Assembly (NCBI GenBank): GCA_951406725.2
Contig: OX597834.1
Span: 16,058,001 to 16,122,000 of the forward strand
DNA: 64,000 bases
Source of the DNA: Octopus vulgaris
Lineage: Eukaryota
Direction of reading: 5' to 3'
Numbering within the stretch: the first letter of the stretch is position 1; each line of letters begins with the position of its first letter. Below the pieces are notes generated by a model that made no database searches, was not told the DNA's origin, and saw only the letters and a program-made list of their open reading frames with translations. Shown one piece after another: positions 52,386 to 64,000 of the stretch. A program made the translations under genes and the position numbers.

Positions 52386-53106
52386 GGCGAAAAAGACAAT
52401 GTTGTAGTAGTAGTAGTAGTAGTAGTAGTAATAGTAGTAGTAGTAGTAGTAATGGACAGTTATTGAAGGCAATGGAAACATTGCAGAGAGCAGAGGTTAG
52501 AATATTATTAAGATGGAGTTCAACTGACTGATAAAATGTTATATTACTAAAGACACTGGATGATGGATGGGTGGATTTCTGAGTGGTTGGTTGTGTGTTT
52601 GTGTGGAGTACTTGAATGGGTTGGTAGATGGATCACTGGGTGGACTGGTGTGGAGATGTATATGTAGAGAGATTGGTTATGAATTAGATGGATGATAGAC
52701 TGGATGGATAGGTGGGTGGATTTATGGGTGAGATAGAGAGAAAGATTGATGGACAGATGGATGGATGGATGGAGAGAGACAGAGAGATAGATTGATAAGT
52801 GGAAAGACTGACAGAGAGATAGATAGATAGATACATATATACATAGGCAGACAGACAGACAGATAGATAGATGATAGATAGATAGATAGATAGATCTTTA
52901 TTGGCCACACAGGGCTGCACACAGATGGGACAAGTTACAAGGTAGAGCTTTTCTTTGGGGGGGGAAAGGGTGGCGTAGGTTTTCGATCAAAAGGGATCGT
53001 AAAAGGGAAAAAAGAAGGGAAAAAAAAAGGGAAAAAAAGGAAAAGAAAGAAATAAAAAAAGGGAAAAGGAACAAAAGAAAAGAAAAATGAAAAAAGAAGA
53101 AAAAAA

Positions 53107-53144
<38 letters not shown>

Positions 53145-53304
53145 AACAGGCAGGAAGGCAAGTAGATGGGCAGAGAAGTGACTAACAGATAGACAGATTG
53201 ACATACAGAAAAGGTAAACAGATGAATAGATAAATATGTAGACAGGTATATTGCGAAAAAAAAGTAGATACATACATTCAAATACAAATACATACTACAT
53301 ATAC

Positions 53305-53335
<31 letters not shown>

Positions 53336-53388
53336 CGTGTATATATATGTTTATAAATATATATATATAAATGTATGTATATATATTT

Positions 53389-53420
<32 letters not shown>

Positions 53421-55527
53421 CATGCATATATTCATAGAGACAGACAGATCATGTGACTCAAGATAAAAAGGTGTAGAAAGGAGGGAGGAAAAGAAAGGAC
53501 TTTCTTTGATTTCTTCAGACTGACAGGGCCCGGGGAAGGCGGGTGTGGGGGGCAAGGAGGGGCAGGGTGGGGGTGGGTGGCGGAGTCGGTTTGTTTACGC
53601 AATAAATAATGATGGCTGCATTGAAAAGTATGCTAGATCAGAAGACTGATGGTAAATTAATGAGAAAATAATAAGGATGGCAAGAAGCAACAACAACAAT
53701 AACAACAACAACATCGACAACAACTACAACCACTATTACTACAACTACTAAAATTACAGCAAAACTGATCAATTAATTATTTACTAATTAGGAAAAAAAA
53801 AAAAAAATAACAACAAAGTCGTAAAATAAAAATCAAAGCATTTGGTTGAGTTGGGGGGGGAGAATATATAGCTTTTGCAGGGGGGGGGATTTTTTTTATT
53901 TTGTGGTTATATTTGTAGATTTTTTGTTTGTTTCTGCATTTTTTATTATTATTTTTTGGTTTATGATGTTTATTTCTTTTTTATGATGCGGTTTATTTCT
54001 TTTAAATTTTCTGTTGCAGTGGTGGTGGAGCGGGTGGTGGTGATGCTGGTTGTGGTGGGGTTTTGATGTAGTGGTGGTTGTGGTGGTTCCGGTAGTGGCA
54101 GCAGAGGCAATGGCGATTATGGTTTTTATTTTGGTCGTCATGTTTTTTTCCTTCTCTCCCTCTATCTGTTTATCTATCTATTTCTATCTACCTATCTCCA
54201 TCTATTGATCTATCTTTCTATTTCTATCTATCTACCCATCTATCTACCCATCAACCTATCTACTTATCTATCTATATATGTACCTGCCTACATACCGATC
54301 TATCAATCTAGCTATACATCTACCTACCTCTCTATCTCTTTATCTACCTATCTATTTATCTATCTATATACCTACCTGCCTATCTACCTATCTATCTACC
54401 TATTTGTCTACCTGCATACCTACATACCTATCTATCAATCCAGCTATAGACATCTACCTACTTATCCATCTCTTTATCTATCTATCTATCTACCTATTTG
54501 TCTACCTGCATACCTACATACCTATCTATCAATCCAGCTATACACATCTACCTATTTATCCATCTCTTTAGCTATCTATCTACCTATCTCTCTATCTATC
54601 TATCTATCTATCTACCTACCTACCTACCTATCTATCTATCTATCTATCTATCTATATATCTATCTATCTATATATCTATCTATCTATCTATTTATCTATC
54701 AATATCTATCTATCTATTTATCTACCTACCTATCTGTCCCTTGCCTGTTAAGTTCATGCAATAAAAGTTCTCTGCAATTACTGGTGCTTGTAATTATAGA
54801 AAAAAAAAGGAAAGAAACACAGCTGGAGTCCACTGGAATCTAAACCAAGATGTCAGTCACTACAACAACAGCAACCAAAACAATGAGGGACAGAAGACAT
54901 GGGGGTGTGGAGAAGATCTATGCGATCTCTCACAAGGACAATGTCATCCTAGGTATATTTATTTCTGTTGCCAACCCTCATCTGTTTCCAAGCAAGGTAA
55001 TATTTTTCCCCCATGGCCAGAAGTTTCTCATGGAAGATTTGGAAATGAACAACATCGTTTGTACCATGATGATGCTCATTTGCAATCATCATAATTTGGT
55101 GCCGCTTAAGAAGCACTCGTGCCAGTGCCACGTGAGGGCTCCCATTCTGAGGCCATATCAAAAGCACCCAGCACACATAGTAAGGTGGTTGGTGTTAGGT
55201 AGGGCAACCTGCTGTAGAAACCATGCCAAATCAGACTGGAATCTGGTACAGCTTTGCAGCTTGCCAGCTCTGGTGAAACTGTCCAACCCATGCCAGTATG
55301 GAAAATAGACATTAAAGGATGATGATGATGATGTGATATCAAAACAAGGACAGATGGATGGACAAACACACATACAGACAAAAGGTTTTTTCCAGTTTCC
55401 ATCTATCAAATCCACTCACAAGGCTTTGGCTGATCCAAGGCTTTTAGTAGAAGACATTGCCCAAGACGAAACACACAGTAGGACTGAACCTGAGACCAGA
55501 TGATTGGGAAGTAAACTTCTTAACCAC

Positions 55528-55920
55528 ACAGCCACACCTGTGCCTATGACGACAATTGTGCCAACAGCCACACCTGTGCCTACAACCACATCTGTGCCTA
55601 TGACAGCACCTGTACTTATAGTCACACATGCTTATGATGACACCTGTGCTTACAGCCACACCTGCACCTACATCCACACCTGTACCTATAGCCACACATG
55701 CTTATGATGACACCTGTGCCTATGGCCTCACCTGTGCCTATGGCCTCACCTGTGCCTATAGCCACACATGCCTATGATGACACCTGTGCCTACAGCCATA
55801 CCTGTGGCTATGATGGCACCTGTACCTCTAGCCACACTTGTGCTTATGACAGCCCTATGCGTATAGCTACACCTGTGCCTATGACAACACCTATGCTTAT
55901 AGTCACACCTGTGCCTATGA
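55528..55920. repeat. Degenerate 18-21-bp minisatellite grown from a SINE 5' end
   Basis: cagccacacctgtgcctat variants contiguous with the head of a minus-strand SINE (~55340-55548). Confidence 0.85.
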
Positions 55921-58096
55921 GGAAATTTAAGATGAAATTTTTGTAATATGTTCATCTGTGTTAGAAAATTATGATTTGAACCAGTTTCTACATAAATGGC
56001 AGATTGAATATGATGAAGAGAGAGGGGTTAGCAATTTTACAAAACATCTTTTATTGTCTGTTTCAGTCTTTGGATTGCAATCATTCTGGGGTGCCACCAT
56101 GAAGGATTCTAGTGTTGACCCCAGTACTCATTTATAAGCTTGGTACTTATTGTATTAGCCCTTTTTGCCAAACCACTAAGTTACAGGGACATAAATAAAC
56201 CAACACATACACACACACACAAAAGAAGTTTCTTTCTGTTTCTGTCAACCAAATTCACTTGTCCAGGGAAATAGTGGATGACACTTGCCCAAGGTGCCAC
56301 ACAATGGGACTGAACCCCCCACTCCCCACGCAAGGTCATATGATTGGGAAGAAAGGTTTTTACCATACAGCCATGCCTCGAGAAAAATTAAGTGATTGCG
56401 AGAATCATTTGAAACTGGATTTAGTAATTATTACTAACGAGGAAGACTACATGTTCACTCACATTTATAAAACCATTTTCACTTTGTAATAAATAAAAAA
56501 AAAATATTAAAAAATAAAAAAAAAAACAAGAGAGAGATAAAATATGGAAATGCCTAATAAACATACAAAAATGAAAATTACTGAGTTGAAAACAAATTCA
56601 TTAATGAAAATGGAATTTCATGAGCTTCACTCAGCTCCAAATATTGTTGACGAGATTAATTTTTGGTAGTAATCATTACTCTGTGAATAGTTTTTTTCAG
56701 AACTAAAACAAAACACATAAACATAAAAAAAAAATAAAAATAAATAAACACAAGCAAAAAAATTTGCCCAGAAAACATCTGTCATTTTAAAATGACATAC
56801 AGATGTGAATGAACATTTTCATCCATGAAACTGATAAAAAAAAAAAAAGACAAAAAAAAAAACAAATGACAAAAAAAACAAAAGACAAAAAAAACAAAAG
56901 AAACATAACACTGAAGTCGCAATTGACTGATTCCAATTTAAAGAACTTGCTGCTGCTGCTGCTGTTGCTCTCAGTAACTAATTTAACTCCAAACATTAAA
57001 AGTCTCATTAAGGTAATGTTTTGTTTTGTTGTTTTTTATTAATATATTAAATCATTATATCATGTAAAAAAAAAACATACAAAATATATCATTGCCATTA
57101 TCATCATCATCATCATCATCATTTAATGTCCGTCTTCCATGCTGGCATGATTCCGCTGGTCTGGCAGGATCCAATGAGCCAGAGAGCTGCATCAAGCACC
57201 AGTGTCTGCTTAAGCATGGTTTTTATGGCTGCATGACCCTTTCTAATGGCTAACCACTTTACAGAGTGTACTGGGTGCTTTTTTTTTTTATATGTAGCAC
57301 TAGCACTAGGTAGGTCACCAAATTACTCACAACACAAAGGAAAAAAATCCCTCGACTAAATGGGGAGTTTGGTAAGTACATAAAAAGCACCTAATACACT
57401 CTGTTAAATGGTTGGCATTAGGAAGGGCATCCAGTCATAATAAACTATGCCAAAGCAGACAATAGAGCAGTTCTCTGGCTTGCCTTGCTTCTGTCAAACC
57501 ATCCAACCCATGGAAGACGGGCATTATATAATGATGATGATGATGATGATGATGTAGATGTTGGCATGGATGTTTGGTTAAAAGCTTGTTTTGCAATCGT
57601 GGTTTTGGGCTGTTTTACTGAATGGCATTTTGGGCAAGTGTTCTCTGCTATAGCCCTGGGCAAACTATTTCCTTGTGAGTGAATTTGGTAGACAGAATTT
57701 ATGTGCAACTAGTTTGGTAGACTGAACTATGTGTATAGGGAGAGGGTCTGTCCTTCTGTCCTTCACCACTTTTACTTGATAACCAGTGTTGGTTTGTTTT
57801 TGTCACCATAACTTACGTGCAGTGGCACGTAAAAGCACCCAGCACACTTTGTAAAGTGGTTGGCATTAGGAAGGGAATCCAGCCATAGAAACGATGCCAC
57901 AACAGGCAGTTGGTGTCTGGACAGCCCCTTGCTAGCCAGCACCATGTCAAACCGTCCAACCCATGCCAGCATGGAAAGTGGCCCCTAAACAATGATGATG
58001 ATGATGATGCAGCTGAGAAGGAACCAGTTTTCTACCAGGTGTTGGGAGGTTAAAGAATGACAGCAGGCACAGGTGTCTTGCTATAGAGGAGATATA

Positions 58097-58512
58097 GGCG
58101 GCGAGCTGGCAGAAACGTTAGCACGCCAGGTGAAATGCGTAGCCGTATTTCGTCTGCCGTTACATTCCGAGTTCAAATTCCGCCGAGGTCGACTTTGCTT
58201 TTCATCCTTTCGGGGTCGATAAATTAAGTACCAGTTATGCACTGGGGTCGATATAATCGACTTAATCCGTTTGTCTGTCCTTGTTTGTCCCCTCTGTGTT
58301 TAGCCCCTTGTGAGTAGTAAAGTAATAGGTATTTCGTCTGCTGCTACGTTCTGAGTTCAAATTCCGCCGAGGTCGACTTTGCCTTTCATCCTTTCGGGGT
58401 CGATAAATTAAAGTACCAGTTACGCACTGGGGTCGATATAATCGACTTAATCCGTTTGTCTGTCCTTCTTTGTCCCCTCTGTGTTTAGCCCCTTGTGGGT
58501 AGTAAAGAAATA
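58097..58512 (+). mobile_element. Meta-domain-like SINE dimer
   Basis: One head and two bodies; TSD tatagaggagata. Confidence 0.9.
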
Positions 58513-58546
58513 TATAGAGGAGATAAAGGGCGAAATATAAATTATA

Positions 58547-60677
58547 TAACCCATTTTTTTTTTGGTAGCATAATACTGTTGAAAAATACCACCTTGTGTT
58601 AATTAATTTTGAAAATAATGAATAATTTATTAAACTAATTGTTATTATTAAACAGGTGTTTGGGACTGTCTGGGACAAATTAACATGGAATTTTGATGGA
58701 CGGTTTAAATTTAGATCTCTTTAAAACAGGAAAGTCATGTTATAGAAAAGAAGCGCCGTGAGGCAGATTGGCATCAAAAGCATTAAATATAAATTATATT
58801 AACCTTTTTGTTGCCATATTACTGTTGAAAAATGCCACCTCATTTTTGATTAATTTTTTAAATAATGAAAAATTTAGTTAACTCCCTGTAGTTATTAGAC
58901 TGGTTTTAAAAGTCTGTAAGTGTGAATGGGAATAGTTGGAAACAAGAGAATAATGGTGTGAAGGGGCAGTGAAAGTATATTCCCAAAGTAAAGAAAGGTG
59001 AGTATATGAGAGAGGATGGAGAGAGGATGGCAAAGGTGGGTGGCTAAGTTCATAAGAGCATGATATGAGAGTGATTGATGGTCAGGGATGGGTGGGTAGA
59101 AGTGAATGTAGTGAAAAATGAACAAGGGTGGAGGTGTGGTCAGAGGTAAATATCTGTATGGAAGGAGGGAAGGATGGAGTGCAGTATAATAATAATAATA
59201 ATAATAATGATGATAATAATAATGTGGAGAGAGATCAATATGTAGGCAGACAATGCACGATGCAGGAAAGGAGAGAGAGAGAGGAAGAGTCATAGATGGA
59301 CAGAGAGAGAGAGAGAGAGAAACAGACATATGTACAGGGAGAGATACAAAGAAAGAGATGGAAAGAGACAGAGAGATAGACAGAAGTACAGAGAGATACA
59401 AAGACAGACAGAAATCAACAAAAATAGAGATAAAGAGAAAGAAAGAGAGAAGCAGAGAGAGGTGAGGAGATAAATTAATCAAAATTAATCAAAACAAGGT
59501 AGTGCCTTTCAACAATAATATGGTAACAAAAAGGTTAATATAATTTATATATTTCTTTACTACCCACAAGGGGCTAAACACAAAGGGGACAAACAAGGAC
59601 AGACAAAGGGATTAAGTCGATTATATCGACCCCCAGTGCGTAACTGGTACTTAATTTATCAACCATGAAAGGATGAAAGGCAAAGTCGACTTCAGCGGAA
59701 TTTGAACTCAGAACGTAAAGGCAGACGAAATACCTATTTCTTTACTACCCACAAGGGGCTAAACACAGAGGGGACAAACAAGGACAGACATAGGTATTAA
59801 GTCGATTACATTGACCCCCAGTGCATAACTGGTACTTAATTTATCGACGCCGAAAGGATGAAAGGCAAAGTCGACCTCGGCGGAATTTGAACTCAGAACG
59901 TAACAGCGGACGAAATACAGCTACGCATTTCGCCCAACGTGCTAACATTTCTGCCAGCTCGCCGCCTTATTTAAACCTTTTGATACCAACCTGCCTGATG
60001 GCACTCTGGTTCTATGGTACAGATTTCCTATTTAAAGGATCTAAATTAGAACCGTCTGTCAAAATTCCATGTTAATTTGCCCCAGACGGTCCCAAGCACC
60101 AGTTTACTAATGACAATTATTTTACAAAATTCTTGATTATTTTCAAAATTAATTAAAGCAAGGTGGTGTTTTTCAAAAGTATTACGATAACAAAAAAGGA
60201 TCAATGTAATCTGTATTTCTCCCTTTTGATACCAACTCACCTGGAGGCATCCTCTTTTAAATGCCATAAACTTTCTGTTTCAAGTGATCCAAAATTAAAA
60301 CGTTTCCATGAAAATGTTAATTTGTCCCAAACACTCCCAAACACCAGATTAATAACAACGGTTATTTCACTAAATTCTTCATCATTTAAAAAATTAATTA
60401 ATACAAGGTTGTGAAATTCAAGAGTATAATAGCAAGAGAAAAGGTTAGTATAATTTATATTTCACCCTTTCCAACCCGCCTGAGGCCATCCAATTTGAAT
60501 GACACAAACTTCCTATTTCAAGTGATCTAAACTGAAATCTTCTGTCAAAATTTAATGCTAATTTGTTCAAAATACTAACTTAATGACAAAATTATTTTAC
60601 TAAAATCTTCGTTATTTGAAAAATTAATAGCAACAAAAACAGAGCAGTTCAAGAGTATTATGATAACTAAAGGGTAA
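58547..60677. mobile_element. Array of piggyBac-like MITE units in both orientations
   Basis: Units related to 9776-9996 at ~58547, ~58800 (partial), ~59475 (partial), ~59972, ~60220 and ~60463; shared aatataatttatattt-like spacer. Confidence 0.65.
59549..59968 (-). mobile_element. Meta-domain-like SINE dimer, inverted relative to 58097-58512
   Basis: One head and two bodies in reverse complement. Confidence 0.9.
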
Positions 60678-61198
60678 ACTATGGCTCCCCCTGTCAATAT
60701 TCCTAATTACTTTGTCATTGGCCCTTCTTTTTTCCACTCAAAATTGCTATAAGCATGATTTTAAGTTCAATCCCACTGTATGGCACCTTGGTCAAGTGTC
60801 TTCTACCGCAGCCGAAGGTCAACCGATTCTTTGTGAGTAAATTTGGCAGGTGGAAACTCTGTGTATGTCTATATATTCTTCTATTCTTTGACTTGTTTCA
60901 ATCATTTGACTGCGGCCATGCTGGAGCACCGCCTTTTTAGTTGAACAAATCAACCCCCAGGACTTATTCTTTGCAAGCCTAGTAATTATTTCTGTCAGTC
61001 TCCTTTGCTGAACTGCCAAGCTATGGGGACATAAACACACCAACATCGGTTGTCAAGCGATGGAGGGAGGACAAACACAAATACACACACACACATATAT
61101 GTAAAAAAGACTTTCTCACTTTCTCAAGCATCAAACTAATACACCTGCTTGTTGTTTATACACCTGTCTTTGTCTTTTGGTTTTCTGTAATTTTCAGC

Positions 61199-61230
<32 letters not shown>

Positions 61231-61257
61231 TACATATATATATATATATATATATAA

Positions 61258-61289
<32 letters not shown>

Positions 61290-61391
61290 GACAGGCTTCT
61301 TTTAGTTTCTGTCTACCAAATCCACTCACAAGGCTTTCATTTGATTTGATTTGGTGGAGCCATTTGAGAATACATAGGGGACACACAAAGA

Positions 61392-61432
<41 letters not shown>

Positions 61433-61538
61433 GTGTATGTATGTATGTATAATATATGTGTATATATATGTATATATATATATATGTGTGTATATATATA
61501 TGTATGTATACATGTATGTATGTATATATATGTATATA

Positions 61539-61648
<110 letters not shown>

Positions 61649-62518
61649 GTGTGTATATATAAATGTATATGTATGTATAAATACACACAAAAACAAAAAA
61701 AGCTTCTTTTAGTTTCCATTCCCAAGAACAGGGTTACACAACAACACTTGCCCAAGGCGTCATGCAGTAGGACCGAACCTGAAACCATGTAATTGGGAAG
61801 TAAACTTCTTACCCCACAGCCACACACATACATATACCTTCACACACATATACACACACATACATATGTACATAGATTTTATACTGTTTCATATAAGATT
61901 TATATAGTTTCTGTCTACCAAATTCACTCAGAAGGTTAACATAAAAGTATTATGCCCAAGACCCAGTTTCCAACACTCAACAAATGCCATTTTCTGATGA
62001 AGTGTTTGTGACCCCAATGCCAATGCACAAGTGGAATTATTTCTCTGATATCATACATTTCTGACCTAGTTCTAGAGCTTTTGAATATCACCAGTTTCTT
62101 CAGGAAAATCACAAAGAACACAATTTCTGATTTTCCTTCTTGTAACAGGGAAAAAAAAAAAAAATTTTTTTTTTTTATCAAATAAATAAAATGCGTTTTG
62201 CCCAATGGAACAAATCAATAGTTATCTAAATATTGGTGGGCACTGTGAGTAGAAAGTCATCTCGTGGTGGCATACAGGATCTTACAGAGTCCGGCTTTTT
62301 GCCTGCTCAGTCAGCGGTTTCACTTAATCTGATTTGCATTGCTAATGCACCCTAGGAAACACCACAAATAGAAGAAATTCAAATTTTCTAACGAGCTTCC
62401 AGTTGTTCTATATAAGAAATCATTAATATCCTTGGGCAAAAATATCAGTGATATTTTGTGAAATATGTTTTAACAAGAAAAATTTTTCAAATGTTAAGAT
62501 TTCTCCATCAATATATCA

Positions 62519-62564
<46 letters not shown>

Positions 62565-64000
62565 TACAGCTACTATTGTTGTTGTTATTACTATGATTGT
62601 TATTATTATTGTTGCTATTATTATGGTTATTATTATTATTAATACATCTTTTTTTTCAAGAAATGTCAAAAAAAAATTTTTTTTTTAATTTTTGTGTTTT
62701 ATTTTTATCTATGATATTTTACAGGTTTTGGTTGCATTGCATTTCTTTCATTTTTTTTATTTTCATTTTCTTTTTTTTTTTTTTTTGAAATCCTAGAAAA
62801 GTCTTGCACACGCAAATGTGCAGAAAATTACACGGTGAGTTTTCAACAAAAAAGAAAAAAAGAAAACTTTGCAATGGGTCACCTTTATGAGACACACGCC
62901 ATCGTAAGGACAGCATTAATCATCCTTTGGCACAAAAAAAAAAGATAAGATATTTTAAATAAACATAACCAAAAAAAAAAAAAACTAAAGATTCTTTAAA
63001 AAATGAATAATAATGATGATGGTGGTAATTTTTTTTTTTTTTTTTTTGAAAGATGGTCACGGAATGTTTTTGAAAAACGTGGACATGAAATGAAATGAAA
63101 GATGGATAATGTGAGTTTGGTTTGGTTTGGTACAGGGTAAAAATAAAAAATGGAAAGAAGAAAAGAAGAGCGATAGAAAGTGACGAGATAAAAAGGTAAA
63201 AATAAGCTAAAGTTGAGAACTTAATGGATGAAATGTTTATGGGAGAGTTCTAGAAGAGTTTGGTAAGTTCAGGCTGCTGCGAGGAATAAAGCTAATGTTG
63301 TTACGTTCTGTGCTCTAGCCATTCGGCTGAGGAGAGAGAGAGAGAGAGAGAACACATACACACACACAAAGACACAGGGAGAAATAGAAACAGACAGAGA
63401 CATACACAGAGAGATGGAAAGAGAAAGACACAAGGCGATAGACAGAGAGATATAGACAAAGATAGATCAGAGAGAGAAAGAGACTTTAGCAGAGAGAGAG
63501 AGAGAGAGAAAGACAAATCAGAGAGAGAGAGAGAGAGACAAACACAGAGAGAGAAACAGAAGAGATAAGATATAGATACAGAGAGAGGGGAAAAAAGAAA
63601 GAGAGAGAGAGACATAGATAAACAGAGAGACAGACACAGAAAGATAAAGAGAGACTACAGACAGACAGACAGAGCTAGAGAGAGAGAGAGATAAACACAT
63701 AGAGAGAGAGAGAGACAGTAGCGGGCAGAGAGGTAATGAGACAGAAATGAAACAGACAGACAGACATATAGACACACAAGGAAAGAGAGTGACAGAGAAA
63801 GACACAAAAAGATAGAGAGAGAGAGAGAGAGAGAGATATACAAAGAGATAGACATGGACAGATATATAGATAGACAGATCAGAGAGAGAGAGACAGAGGC
63901 TGAGACAGAGAGAGATAGACGGAAAGAGACACACACACACATACACATACAAAGAGACGCATTGAGAGAGAGAGAGAGAGAAAGAGAGAATGTGATGTTC

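Noticed and set aside
51876-52531. Ser/Pro-rich and Glu-rich ORFs
   Set aside because: Polypurine minisatellite, open in multiple frames, with no splice signals
54205-54843. 212-aa ORF of YLSI repeats
   Set aside because: Degenerate (CTAT)n tetranucleotide tract
62286-62351. AG...GTAAG-bounded segment on the minus strand
   Set aside because: Stops in all three frames; it could only be a non-coding exon and has no further support

Overview
Eukaryotic, AT-rich, microsatellite-saturated DNA. The repeat repertoire (tRNA-headed SINEs, RTE/CR1/R4 LINE relics, mariner/pogo/piggyBac-like MITEs, Helitron-like and Penelope-like fragments) resembles an octopus genome; this is recognition from memory, not a database result. 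Almost all ORFs in the supplied track are translations of simple repeats or TE fragments. One spliced gene runs on the minus strand, with three phase-compatible GT-AG exons (24105-23924, 21256-21124, 18696-18645) encoding a Ser/Thr/Pro/Asn-rich peptide I cannot name; several weaker candidate microexons and alternative terminal exons also exist. Main observations: (1) several minimal type-I hammerhead ribozyme motifs, one fully canonical at 21966-22025; (2) a ~180-nt hairpin at 29195-29376 whose mismatches are mostly G-U pairs on the host-gene strand; (3) a SINE that forms one-head/many-body multimers, apparently by inserting at GGTA-like sites including a similar site inside itself; (4) near-identical inverted SINE pairs that could form dsRNA or drive a frame-preserving 315-nt circular RNA. 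Most repeat boundaries are approximate.
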